Positions 1 to 11,255 of a DNA stretch of 29,478 bases are shown in pieces. The position numbers and the translations under genes are program-made. The DNA is taken from NCBI RefSeq assembly GCF_004010195.1, contig NC_057718.1, positions 61,680,136 through 61,709,613 on the forward strand, given 5' to 3'. The first letter of the stretch is position 1, and each line of letters begins with the position of its first letter. The notes under the pieces were generated by a model. It searched no databases. It had not been told where the DNA came from and worked only from the letters and a program-made list of their open reading frames with translations. Origin of the DNA: Chiloscyllium plagiosum. Its lineage: Eukaryota.

Positions 1-384
1 AATTTAATGCTTTAAGGAGTGACGCACAATTTCATCACTAAATAACAAATGATTTCCACCACTTGTTAGAATAGCATGCAGTAGGAATACACCTGGGGGT
101 GGGGGGAACATTTCTAATTCTCCATTCAACCCTCACTGTCCCTTCAAAAATGGTGAGATATATTTAAACATTTTTGTAGTTATTAAAATGTTCTTACATT
201 TTTAAACAACTCAGATCTGAAGCATTGTTTGCATCATAGCTATTTTGGAGTTTTGTCAGAACTGTCAATAATCGTTCTGAATGACTCAGTTACTTGTTAG
301 TGATAAAATCACCAACAAATACACAAGGACAGTTTTAAAAAGGAGAGTAGAGAGGTAAAAGATTGCCATAGTTGGAACATGTGA

Positions 385-772
385 GAAATTACAAGCATAT
401 TTTAGGATATATTACCAGGATATGCAGGGCAAAGGAAAACAATTCTCGTTGAAAGATACTCTAAAGAAAACAGAAAATAGTAGCCTTTATCTGTGTTAGC
501 ATATTGTGGCAAAAGTGATTGCTTTCTGGTATAGGTCAAATTCAGAGAAATTTCAAAATCTTTATTTGCCGGTTTTGAATGATTATTTTAGTAAACTTCA
601 AGTGTTTCTTTGAAGAAACTACAAATGATGTTTGCGAGCTAGCTCAATCACTCTAAAATGAGAGTTATATAGCTTTGCTTGCTTAATTATAGCCAAGACA
701 CTTCAATCATTTTTAATTTAAAAAATTATCCTTGCAAGATAACTAATTTGTAAAGCAACACATGAACTAAAA
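385..772 (+). repeat. Unique AT-rich segment; source copy of a 388-bp inverted duplication (partner 2606-2994)
   Basis: The reverse complement of 2606-2994 matches 385-772 with 9 substitutions and one 1-bp indel by manual count (~97%). Confidence 0.97.
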
Positions 773-1659
773 GTAAATGAAATATTAGATTTTGTACAGT
801 AATTCAATTAGAGTTCTATTCTGGTAGATTTCTCTTAAGATTAAAATTCCACCATGATGAACTTTATGATAAGTAGGTGGATATTGTCTATTTTAACTGT
901 TGTCTTAATAATTGCCTAAACAGATAATGTAGTCAATAATGTTTATTCAAAATAATATTTTAATTAAGTAAGTAGTGCGTTATATCTTCACTGTTTTCAA
1001 TTATGAAGTTTGATGATTAACATAGTGAAGCCTCATTCTAAAGAGTACATTTAATATCATGGACTAAATGGACAAACTGCTATATAAAAGTGACAAGAAT
1101 GGTCAACCCTGCTTCTACAGCTCCAAACTCCCTATGGTACATGTAGTTTCTATCCATGTGCCAATGTGTGAAGCAACAGAACTGAGCCTTGTATCTAGAT
1201 AAGCAATTACCAGACTAAATCAAACAATTAATATTGTTTGTCTTAGTGTCAATTATAGCCCTTTCAGTCTAAGGAAGATATTATAACCAAAAAAGACAAT
1301 TTAGCCAGACTCTGTAGCTGTTCTCAGCTCCAAGAGGTTTCAGAGGGAGAAACGTTCTTCAATTATACTGTTGATATAAAACAGAATGGTAAATCAAGAT
1401 TTATAACAAAACAAAAGTACAGGAGATTGCTGAGAAATGTGGATGTTATGTTGAAATGATGGTGAAACAGAATCTATGTTGCCACAGCATATGAACCAAT
1501 GATGAATAAGATAAATAGACATTCTGCAGGTTTGCATAGCCTTTTCTTAACAGATTAAATGTGTTAGGAGCAGTTTGTGCAGAGTACATCGCGTATAGTG
1601 TCAGGAAGGAAAGGAAATGATCCTATTCTAGAAACCTTTGCTTGTTATTATTTTCTTTA

Positions 1660-1830
1660 TTTGAGGTGTTCAAGAGGACATTGAGTGGTTTCATGGATAG
1701 TAATCATGTGCAGTGATATGCAGAAAAGATAGGAGATTTACACTATATAATAGAGCCAGATTGGATAATAGAACTAGTGCAAGTTTGATGGGTCAACTGG
1801 CCTCCTCCTGCACTATAATAATTCTGTGAT
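1660..1830 (+). mobile_element. CR1 LINE 3' end fragment (decayed)
   Basis: CR1-type 3' UTR and terminus (tgatgggtcaactggcctcctcctgcactataataattctgtgat), similar to other CR1 tails in the window. Confidence 0.7.
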
Positions 1831-2494
1831 AAACATTGACATGTTATGCTGACCAGAAATTCTAATTAACATCACGAACTAGAATACTAATTATGTAGTA
1901 TTGTATACTTGCATTGTTATGTCTGACTCTTGTTTGACTTGAACAATTTTCATTATCTCAATTCATGGAACCTTTTAATGGAAAATTTTGAATATCGTGG
2001 TTGGTGTATTTTGCTAATATGTCCACTGCAGAAAACTGAACACAAGGTATATTGAAATGCATAGACAAAATGCTGCTGAAAATCTGAAATAAATACAGAA
2101 AATTTTGAAAATACTCAGCTGGTGGCACCTTTGGAGAGACAACCCAAAGTAATGGATAGAATTTTCCCAGCCTTTGAGAGGCGTGAAACAATGGCAAGAA
2201 ATATGGGTGAATACAGTGAGAATGAGAAAATCTGATTCTCGATATCGAGAGAATGTAACTTGATCTTCCATTGAAGGTTTGAAAGGCTCGATGAAAATCT
2301 TGCCAGTAAGCAGCAAGGTCCTTAGCTCCATGCATTTGCATCTTAATAATCTCACCTCATTTATATGGAGCTGGAGTTCTCCCAGGCACTAATGAGAAAA
2401 TAGACAGTGCCTATACCAGACTTGAAAATCAGAGTAAAGATTAGAGTCATGCTGGAAAAGCATAGCAGGTCAGGTAGCATCTGAGGAACAGGAA

Positions 2495-2530
2495 AATCGA
2501 CGTTTCGGGCAGGAGCCCTTCATCAGGAAT
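2495..2530 (-). ncRNA. Minimal type-I hammerhead ribozyme motif (best-preserved family A copy)
   Basis: The minus strand reads attc-CTGATGA-a-GGGC-tcct-GCCC-GAAA-cg-TC-gatt. It has an intact core, a 4-bp stem II, palindromic ACGT in place of stem III and a GUC triplet; stem I is weak. Confidence 0.8.
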
Positions 2531-2605
2531 GAGGCTGTCAGCCTCTGGTGTGGAGAGCTCTTCACTGAAGCTCACTGACACTACATACTGCAAACTTCCT
2601 TCTAG

Positions 2606-2994
2606 TTTTAGTTCATGTATTGCTTTACAAATTAGTTATCTTGTAAGGATAATTTTTTTAAATTAAAAATGATTGAAGTGTCTTGGCTATAATTAAGCAA
2701 GCAAAGTGATATAACTCTCATTTTAGAGTGATTGAGCTAGCTCGCAAACATCATCTGTAGTTTCTTCAAAGAAACACTTGAAGTTTACTAAAATAATCAT
2801 TCAAAACCTGCAAATAAAGATTTTGAAATTTCTCTGAATTTGACCTATACCAGAAAGCAATCACTTTTGCCACAATATGCTAACACAGATAAAGGCTACT
2901 ATTTTCTGTTTTCTTTAGAGTATCTTCCAATGAGAATTGTTTTCCTTTGCCCTGCATATCCTGGTAAGATATCCTAAAATATGCTTGTAATTTC
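2606..2994 (-). repeat. Inverted duplicate of 385-772 inserted in the loop of the PLE hairpin
   Basis: Direct base-by-base reverse-complement match; 389 bp versus 388 bp. Confidence 0.97.
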
Positions 2995-3041
2995 ACTCAG
3001 GGACACTCATCCATCTCTCCACCCCGGAGGGTCCCAGCCTC

Positions 3042-3077
3042 ATTCCTGATGAAGGGCTCCTGCCTGAAACGTCAATT
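3042..3077 (+). ncRNA. Minimal hammerhead ribozyme motif (right arm)
   Basis: attc-CTGATGA-a-GGGC-tcct-GCCT-GAAA-cg-TC-aatt; differs from the left-arm copy by CpG-type changes. Confidence 0.72.
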
Positions 3078-3379
3078 TTCCTGCTCCTCGGATGCTGCCT
3101 GACCTGCTGTGCTTTTTCAGTACCACTCTAATCTTGACTCTGATCTCCAGCATCTGCAGCCCTCACTTTTGCCTTGAAAATCAGAGTAGTTAACTGCTGG
3201 CTGCTGCTCACTGGCTTTATCCTCAGGCCTCAACCTCATGGTTTATTCACCAGCATCTTATTGCATGCTCCATTGACAGTGGAACACCTTCACTCTTCGT
3301 CTGCAGAAATCAACATCAGTTAGTCACCAGCCTCACTGCATCATCATACCTTATCTAAGACTAACTTAGAGTACACGTC

Positions 3380-3454
3380 AGCTCTTCACTGAGGCTCACT
3401 GACACTACATATTGCAGCAATCCTTCTAGGTCACTCAGGGATACTCATCCATCT
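3380..3454 (+). repeat. Source of the ~74-bp direct duplication found in two pieces in the hairpin loop (2556-2605 and 2993-3016)
   Basis: agctcttcactga(g/a)gctcactgacactacat...tccttctag and tcactcaggga(t/c)actcatccatct occur at both sites, with about 7 mismatches. Confidence 0.93.
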
Positions 3455-3635
3455 TAAGCATCTGCACAGGATGCATCTCAAGGATCTTCATTTGCTGTCT
3501 TACTGCTCAGTCAATTTGACTTTATTTGGATCCTCACTACATCTCTATCCCTTAGCACATTGCCACTTCCATTAGATATTACAGGGCTCATAGTATCTCT
3601 GTCCTGCCTTGTTTCTTAGTCCAGACAGAAAGCCA

Positions 3636-3872
3636 GGAGAAAGTGAGGACTGCAGATGCTGGAGATCAGAGCTGAAAAATGTGTTGCTGGAAAAGCGCAG
3701 CAGGTCAGGCAGCATCAAAGGAGCAGGAGAATCGACATTTTGGGCATAAGCCCTTCTTCAGGAATGAGGACCCTCCTCATTCCTGAAGAAGGGCTTATGC
3801 CCGAAACATCGATTCTCCTGCTCCTTTGATGCTGCCTGACCTGCTGCACTTTTCCAGCAACACATGTTTCAG
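3636..3872 (-). mobile_element. PLE terminal-repeat fold-back insertion (family A); near-perfect ~99-bp hairpin
   Basis: Arms at 3672-3770 and 3774-3872 (5 mismatches, mostly CpG decay) with a ccc loop. The extra ~36-nt tail is present only on the left arm. TSD cagacagaaagcca at 3622-3635 and 3870-3883. Confidence 0.92.
3779..3814 (+). ncRNA. Minimal hammerhead ribozyme motif
   Basis: attc-CTGAAGA-a-GGGC-ttat-GCCC-GAAA-ca-TC-gatt. Confidence 0.7.
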
Positions 3873-4649
3873 ACAGAAAGCCAAACAACTTATCATGGTA
3901 GCCAGCTTTGAACAGTCATGGCAGGATGGTGAATGTATTGTTTTTACGGCACTGTGCTATATCAATGTCAAACCTACAATACGTGTCAGCAGCTGACACA
4001 ACAAGCACATCATACATACTTCAACCAAGTGGTCATGTCTGAGTATCTAAGGAGACTAACCCTTAGTCAAGTGAAGGGGAACTGTGGTCAGTCAGGGGAT
4101 GTGGCCAAACACAAGGGTATTATTTGATCTCAGTGTTGGTGATCAGCCATGGTTAGTCAATGCCTAGTGCAATTAGGGTCTGGGAGATCCTTGTCCTTCC
4201 AGCCTGAGGACTGAGCATTGGTCTGTCCCTCAGGTTATATCTGACCAGCTCTGGGATTGTGGGTAGGTCATTTGGGGAGCTACAGAAGAATCAGCCTGGG
4301 AGTTGGTCTCTGGTCAATCAGGGTTTGAGCAGTCAACATCAAAGGAATTATATGGGGCAGTCCACGTTGTGTCAGTACAAATGGCAATTTCAAATGTAGG
4401 GATTGAAGGCATTAGACTCAGTCAAAGATAGGACAATGTTTGTGAAGGATGGCAACTCTAATTGGTAAGGCTGGGGGTCTGGTATAGCATGGGAGATTTC
4501 CACAAACTTCTCCTCAACTCTCCTCTTAACCTTCAATACCTTATCATAAATTTATCTTCCTGGTAATTGTTATCTGTGTTTCTGAGAAAACTGCCTTTCT
4601 CCTCACCCTACTTCTGCCCCCTCGTAATTTTAAACACCTCCATCAGAAC

Positions 4650-5380
4650 TTCTGGCAACTTTTGCTGCTTCATGAAAACAATGTCAATCATTCCTCAGCT
4701 CAGGCCCTCTAGCCCAGGCAGCATCTTGGTAAATCTCCTCTGCACTCCTTGTGCTGCCACATCCTTCTTATAATGCAGAGACCAGGACAGCACACAATAC
4801 CTAGCCACAGTTTTATACTTTTCCACCATAACCTTGCATTGGTTTAATATCGCTATGCCTTTTTAACCACTTTATCTACCTACTGCACTAACTTCAGCAA
4901 TCTATGAAAATGCACACCAAGGAGGCTCTGATTTTCAGTACTTTCCAGTGTCTTACCATTCAGAGTATATTTCCTTACCTTGCTAGCCTTCCCCAAATGT
5001 ATTACCACACACTTTTCAGGGTTGGAATTCCAGTTGCCACTGCTCTGCCCACCTGAGCAATCTTCCTCACTACTTACCGCCCAACTAATCTTTGTGTCAT
5101 CTGCGAACTTCTGGATCACACACCCGACATTTAAATCCAAACATGAACGTGCATCACAAACAGTAAGGTCCCCAGCACCATGTCCTGCAGAACTCCACTA
5201 GAAACAGACTACCAGTCATGGAAACATCACTGTGCCATCACCCTCAGTTTCTCACTCAGTTTTGGATCCAATGTGCCACTTTGCCTTGGATCCCAGAGTA
5301 CTTACTTTCTTGGTCAATCTGCCATGAGGCACCTTGCCGATAGCCTTACTAAAGTCAACGTGGACCACATCAAATGCATA
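4650..5380 (-). mobile_element. CR1 LINE ORF2 (RT) fragment, decayed and internally deleted
   Basis: Minus-strand peptides DVVHVDFSKAIGKVPHGRL, KFADDTKI and EKCVVIHLG...YTLNG are typical CR1 RT motifs. Confidence 0.9.
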
Positions 5381-7000
5381 ACTAATAAGGTGGGGAGCAG
5401 AGGTTTCCACGGGAAAAATTGTAACAGAGAGCAATGGGAAATTGCCATCAAAATCTCCATCCCCTAAAAGGCTGAAACTTACTCTTGTATGACTAAGTTT
5501 GGGTTACATCAAGTGTTTTCTCACTTTATCTTATCAAACTCACATCAGTAATTACCCCACCCTGCTTCTGTAGCATCTCCGACATCTAAATTCCATTCCA
5601 TCTTACCACACACCATTCCCAGAATCATGTGCTACTCAGAGATTTTCACCCACAAAACAGTATCCCTTGCATCTGTGCCAACTTCAAAAGGCTGCTGTGC
5701 ATTCAGACGAGTTATGCCCTTCTCCTTGACATAAAGATTAAGAACATGCCAGAAAAATGGAAGGTGGCACTGCCAATAAATGACTTTCTCCGTTCCGTCA
5801 GGGTACGTGACACACTCTTCTCTCACCTCACACTCACCTCTTAGTTCTATCTTCCACTGAGGCTTATACCGTTCTGCTGATACTATTGCCTGCAACCTAT
5901 TGTCTCACTCCTCCACCATCTCCCATAACACTAACCCTGCATGCCCTCTGTGCTGCTTTCTCAGTCCTTCAATACACTTTCGCCACCTAATTCCCACGTA
6001 TACCAGCATTAACGGCCCACTCATTCTCCACTTTTTTCTCATTGCAAGAGAAGACTACCCTTTAGGGCAGAGGGAGCTAATCCAGATGGGAGGGTAGCCC
6101 ACATCCATGTCCTCGTCCCTCATGAGGAGAGAATCCTGACCATCGCAGGAGAAGACTGGGACTGCTCCTGCGGGAATACCAAACATCCATGTCCTGCCAA
6201 ATATGGAAGTGCTAATCTTCATGCCAGTACCACTCTCCCAGTAACTCCATTGTCATTCTCATTTACCGTACACCCCATCGTACCACTGGCCGTGACGTCT
6301 CTCTTTTGTCTTGCAAGCTACAATAGCCTCCCCCATGCCCTCTGCAAGGTAATACCTGGTCCCTGCAGAACCAGCCTCCTCGACTTCTGAGGATGCAAGT
6401 TCTGAGGGCTCAGAGGAAGCATCATCAAGGCTGCCTCCTGCAACCCCCACCAGCTCAGATATTGACATCTCGCAACATAGAGAGTGTCTGTACCTAAGCT
6501 GGTGAGCACCTCACTGGGACAGCTTTGCAGCTGGCTGAGGGAGAAGCAGCCAAGGCCATTGACATTTGGAGGACTGTTGAAGACTGGGCACCTTCTCAGG
6601 AGAGGACCATGAGGTATCTGCAATCAGGTATTTCACCCACAGCCATAGGGGGGAACTGCAGCAGCAGACAGGGATGTGGAAGAGAATGGCCCTCATTGCC
6701 CAGAAGCTGCAGCAGTGCATTGAATCGTGTGACCATTTGTCTGTCTTCATGGACAGGTTAGTGGTTGCCATGGAGACACAGGGGCTGCTGGAAATGCACA
6801 GAGCCATGCACTTTATTGCCCCATCCACTGGTCATCAAGACTGAAGTCATGGAGACAGAGGGACAGAGAATCTTGGCCTATATACAGGGGCAAGGAGGTA
6901 AAGACAGTGTCAGGAGGCACCAATTGGTGTTTCATCCACACATAAGACCCTCTGCATTTTTCACGCAGGACACTGCAGAGATGGCCTAGCCCTTCACTTC

Positions 7001-7127
7001 TCATTCCTGATGAAGAGCTTGGGCTTGAAACGACAATTCTCCTGCTCCTTGGATGCTGCCTGACTGGCTGTGCTTTTCCAGCACCACACTCCAGCTCTGG
7101 TCTCTAGCACTGCAGTGCTCACTTTCT
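7001..7127 (+). mobile_element. Single PLE terminal repeat (family A) starting at the hammerhead
   Basis: tcattcCTGATGAagagcttgggcttGAAAcgac...gctcactttct; TSD cccttcacttc at 6990-7000 and 7128-7138. Confidence 0.88.
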
Positions 7128-8453
7128 CCCTTCACTTCCTCCCCGCCTGTCCCCCTCCAACTCTTGGAAGTCTAAACAGAGGAGGGTCAACTTGCCTCTG
7201 GCAAGAAGACTTTAGGTGGGTCTGACCTCCATCTAGACAAAAGTGTCCCTCGGGGTCACCACACCAAGTCTCCAGGGTCAACGTCCTCAGCTTCTGAGCA
7301 GGTTCAGTCCACTCCAGCTTCAGAACAAGGGAGTGCTCTACAATGCATTGGGAGGTAGAGGAAGATTGAGGGTACTTTGGTGGCACAAATGAAGAAGGTT
7401 TGGACAGCACTGTCACTTTGTGCAACAAATGTTCCTAATGCTAACTTTCATGTGTTAGTGTGTCTCTTGGGCAACAGTTCATGGCCACAGGTGAGGCACT
7501 AAGAGCCTACACACCATTGAAAGCAAGGGGAACAATGCATATACATGGCTTTGAGTCTTGATAACATCTTTGATCCACCTCGTTCGATATTCCTAATGTT
7601 TGGCTCTCTTAGTGTAAAGACAGAGTTATCTACCAGTGGCTGCGTCAGTGAAGTACCACGTACAGAGAAGGTCAATGCTGTAGGATTGCAGCGAGTAGAC
7701 AGCTCATGTTCTGTACATTGTATGGGCCTGTGACCAATGTTCTTTCTCTTTAAAAACCCTATGATTGGTGTTTACAGCAATGGCCTCTGTGGTCATAGCT
7801 ATTTTCTTGCCCTTCACACAGTTTGGATTTCCAGCATGATGGAAGGTGACAGTGAGCCCTCCTCTGGCAATGGCTTCCAGCCTCAGCCGGTAAGGGCCAA
7901 TCAACCCCCAAATACCCACATGCCATATCCAGTAACCCAGCCCATTAACGCCACAGGCTTCACGCTTCCCCAAGTCCCCACCCGATCCATATACATTGCT
8001 CACATCTGCCTACCTTTGCCAGTCAGCCCAGGATATGAGGTGGCCATGCCAAGTGTGGTCATTCACAGCCCCATCCCATGAAGCCAGGGTAATCCTGCAC
8101 CCTCTGCACCCACCAACCTCTCCTCTTGCATCACTGCCTTTCCAAACAGGCTTTACCATATACCCCACCCACTGCAAATCCTGCTGTCCCCAGCACACTG
8201 TACCCAGAGCATCCAATTCCCATCCTGAAGACTAACTTGCCAAGGTTCAGTCCTGTGGTAATGCCCTTGATTGGTCCACCCCTTCCACACTTCTTTTCAG
8301 TGATGGGGCTGACAGACCAACCATGGCTCACCCCTTTGACTGGCATGACTGGACAGCCCTAGACCAAATGTACCCAGAGCCCTGACTGGTGGTACCTGTA
8401 CATCTGCATTCCCTGGCTTTTCACTATAGAGCCAACAGGTTGAGTATGCCTTA

Positions 8454-8540
8454 CCTCTGATGCTGCCTGACCTGCTGTGCTTTTCCAGCACCACATTCTC
8501 GACTCTGATCTCCAGCACCTGCAGTCCTCGCTTTCTCCTC
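8454..8540 (+). mobile_element. PLE family A 3' tail fragment (no ribozyme core)
   Basis: gatgctgcctgacctgctgtgcttttccagcacc...ctgcagtcctcgctttctcc matches the other copies. Confidence 0.88.
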
Positions 8541-9589
8541 GTCCCTGGACTGCAGAGCATAGACCCCTAACAATGAAAACTTCGACCTGACCCTTGAACT
8601 GTGGCCAATCCCCTGGGCTGGTATCAGAGACTGCCCTTGTCATACTGTACTAGGAATCCCTGACTGACAGGAACCTGCATGGATTTCTGTGAAGGCTGCA
8701 TCCCTAAAACATTGAGACATGGCTGTCTATTTAGTCAACATGCTGTCAGTTTGCTGTATAAGCTGCTGGCACATAGTGCAAGTGTGAGATTGACATGGCA
8801 CACTGCTACAGTGCAAACATTGTGCCCCCTAGTTTGAGAAATGCTGACTATCAGGGCAAGCTGCCTCTTGTGTGACTGTATGACTTGGCAATGGCAAGGC
8901 AGCTAAGTACTAGGTTAGTGAACATTAAGACAGCAGACAACAGCCCAACAATGCAGCCTAATTCAGCCTGTAAACTGAGTACCTGCCTTGATGCCAAATG
9001 CCCTTTCTGCAGCCATTCAGTGCAAGTCTCTGATGCACCCTGTAAGATAAGTCTGTGCTCCCAGGAGAGCAGTGTCAGTGATTAGTAAAAATGCCAGGAT
9101 GGTCACAACAGGTTGGCTGATGCCATTTGGCAACGTCTGTGGACAAAGTGAATGTTCATCTGGTTCCCAGTGGATTGTGACCTGAGGTGTTACTGCCCAG
9201 TGTCTAGTATCGGGATTGTTTGGAGAAAGCAGACAGCTAAATCTACCAGCTACAAGCTCCAGTTCCCTTGTCGAGTCTTCCTAATGTCAAACTTGTTTGA
9301 TGAGTTTGGTTAGATAGGAGGTTATCAATGAGAGGAGTTATGCCATTAGCCAGAGTTTACCAAGAAATAATCCTTTATCATTCAGCTGCCTTGCAAAAAT
9401 CTCACCATGTCACTTGTGAAAAGCATAAAAGATGGAATAAGATGATCTTGACACAGGGATGAACCTTGGTGCACTTGCTCTGCCACACACCATTTCTGCC
9501 CACAACACTCAGACCCTTGTAAGATTCTGCCCTTAGTCAATAAATGGGAAAATTAAGCCCAATGTTCCAGATTGCTAGCATTTCATATG

Positions 9590-10035
9590 AACCTTCTTCT
9601 GAGAAAAATTGCCCAGCAATGTCCTATATTAAAAAACAGGACATATATAAATCGAGACAATTACTGCCCTAATCGGTCACTTGCAATCATCAGCAAAGTG
9701 ATGAAAGGTGTTCTTGACTGTGCCATCGAGCAGCACGTAATCAGCAATAATCTACTCCCTGATGCTCACCTTGAACTCCCCCAGGATCACTCAGCTCCAG
9801 ACCTCATTATAGCGTGAGACAAATAGTCAAGTTCCAGAGGTGAGGTGAGAGTTAATGCCCTTGATAGCAAAGCAGCATTTGACCCAGTTTGGCGTCAAGG
9901 AGCCCGAGCAAAATTAAAACAGTAAAGAGGTCAACACACCAGTCTGTGAAGTCAGGCATTGCACAAAGGAAGATGATGATGGTTGTCGGTAGTCAATCAT
10001 TGCAGTCCCAAGACATTGTCAGAGGGTTCCTTAGG
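9590..10035 (+). mobile_element. Old CR1/L2-group LINE, RT N-terminal part (host of the TE nest)
   Basis: Peptide NYCPNRSLAIISKVMKG...NNLLPDAHLEL.QDHSAPDL is a decayed NYRPISLLSxxSKVME...QFGFRxGHS; an ALDxKAAFDxVW motif follows at ~9857-9892. Confidence 0.82.
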
Positions 10036-10553
10036 GCTTTGCTCCATATCTGTCCAACAGGTATGAGATTCTTTTTCCCTGGGTGGATGAGGACAAGAAC
10101 TGTAGGGACGATGGGCAAAGCGACGACTGTGCTGTGGTACAGACGGCCATTCAGTCAGAGAGAACAAAAAAGAAAACTGGCAGTGGTGAGGGATTCTATA
10201 ATTGGAGATACAGTTAGCTTCCTTTTTTTTAAGCAGCTTCAAGAGTCCCGTATGGGATGTTGCCTGCCTCGTGTCAAGCAACAGGACATCTCAAACCCTC
10301 TTATCAGGACATTGGAATAGGAGGAGGAAGAACCAGTTGTTGGGCAACAGGTCCTTTTTTGGGAATATCAAGAATTAGGGACAAAATTTAAAAAACAGGA
10401 TCTCAATGGTTACAATTTGTGGATTATTAACTGAAATAACTCACAGAGGCCGGTATCCTGTCACCAAGTCACCCTTGTGCATAATACACTGGCTGTGGAC
10501 AGCCAGCTCGAAGTTGGTCTCCAGAACTAAGGAGATTCTAAATCCCCTGTTAA

Positions 10554-10833
10554 TTTTTTTTCTTTTTCTTTTTGGTTTCTTTCCCCTATACTACTGCCTG
10601 ACAGTGGTAGTGTTTATTTTTTCTGCAAACTTTCTCATTGTTTCTTTTTTCTCTTTCTTTCTTTTTCTTTTTTTATTCTTTCTTTCCCCCGGCAACCCAT
10701 ATCATGTGTGTGTAGGTGTCAGACACAATGAAAAAACAATAAGTGTATAAATCTTTAGTTATGTACCACCACCAAGAAAGGAAACATTCTAGTGGCCAGT
10801 GACAAGCAGTGCCCTTCTCAGAGGACAATGCTC
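10554..10833 (-). mobile_element. Tx1-type LINE 3' UTR fragment with A-rich tail (copy A)
   Basis: Homologous to but clearly diverged from 10846-10983. T-rich tracts on the plus strand. Bracketed by the direct repeat atcccctgttaa (10542-10553 and 10834-10845). Confidence 0.75.
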
Positions 10834-10845
10834 ATCCCCTGTTAA

Positions 10846-11255
10846 TTTTTTTTTCCATGTTGTGTGTGTGCAGGTGTGAGACACAAGGTGCACGAATCTT
10901 TATTCAGTTTCCACCACCAGGAAGAAAGGAAACACCCAAGTGGCCTATGACAAGCAGTGCCCTTCACATCAAAGGGCAATGCTGTGTGATCAAACAGTGA
11001 AGGGGAGGGCAGGGATTAAATCAAAATAGAGTTGGAGGGGGAAATGATGCACTCCACTCCCTGCGGCGCCCACCTCTCCCTGAACAACTCCAGGGTGTTG
11101 GTGGACACCGCGTGCTCCTTCTCCAAGGATACCCGGGCTCTAATGTAACCGCGGAAGAGGGACAGGCAGTCGGCCCTAACGACCCCCTCCATGGCCCGCT
11201 GCCCGGACCTGTATATGGCCAGTTTGGCCAGGCCCAGGAACGGACCCATGAGGTC
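10846..11255 (-). mobile_element. Tx1 (L1-superfamily) LINE 3' end: ORF2 C-terminus, 3' UTR and poly(A) (copy B)
   Basis: Minus-strand LGLAKLAIYRS...DCLSLFRGYIRARVSLEKEHA...FRERWAP resembles the Tx1 ORF2 C-terminus; stop codon at 11016-11018. Confidence 0.82.

Larger units (their letters stand above)
2428..3172 (+). mobile_element. PLE terminal-repeat fold-back insertion (family A) with captured genomic DNA in the loop
   Basis: Inverted arms at 2428-2556 (truncated, minus) and ~3013-3172 (complete 3' tail ...gcatctgcagccctcacttttgcc), about 12% divergent. TSD cttgaaaatcagagta at 2421-2436 and 3173-3188. Hammerhead cores in both arms. Confidence 0.9.
2154..9532. mobile_element. Possible old PIF/Harbinger-type DNA transposon relic carrying several nested insertions
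   Basis: Imperfect terminal inverted repeats ggatagaatttt (2154) and aagattctgccc (9521-9532), with tta immediately 3'. Faint minus-strand similarity to HARBI1 C-terminal motifs (IGxLK; a decayed CCxLHN-like stretch) near 7680-7770. Ser/Glu/Pro-rich low-complexity stretch at 6350-6480. Very degenerate. Confidence 0.4.

Noticed and set aside
1268..1388. Possible coding exon (ctttcag|SKEDIITKK...KQN|gtaaat)
   Set aside because: Open frame with modest splice sites, but no recognisable homology and no partner exons.
1958..2355. Two overlapping minus-strand ORFs of 113-127 aa
   Set aside because: No recognisable domain, and they cross a probable repeat boundary; likely chance.
3636..3872. MITE or miRNA-gene interpretation of the hairpins
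   Set aside because: Asymmetric arms, variable 11-16 bp TSDs, single-arm copies and hammerhead cores point to PLE retrotransposition.
5600..5850. Weak resemblance to the PLE region preceding GIY-YIG (DFHP...NFKRL...VRDTL)
   Set aside because: Too degenerate to call without a profile search.
6259..8643. Dense overlapping ORFs on both strands
   Set aside because: GC-richer decayed repeat sequence; several ORFs run through PLE inserts and none gives a coherent protein.
10406..10750. 114-aa ORF with a hydrophobic Phe-rich stretch resembling a membrane protein
   Set aside because: Translation of the T-rich antisense of a LINE A-rich tail.
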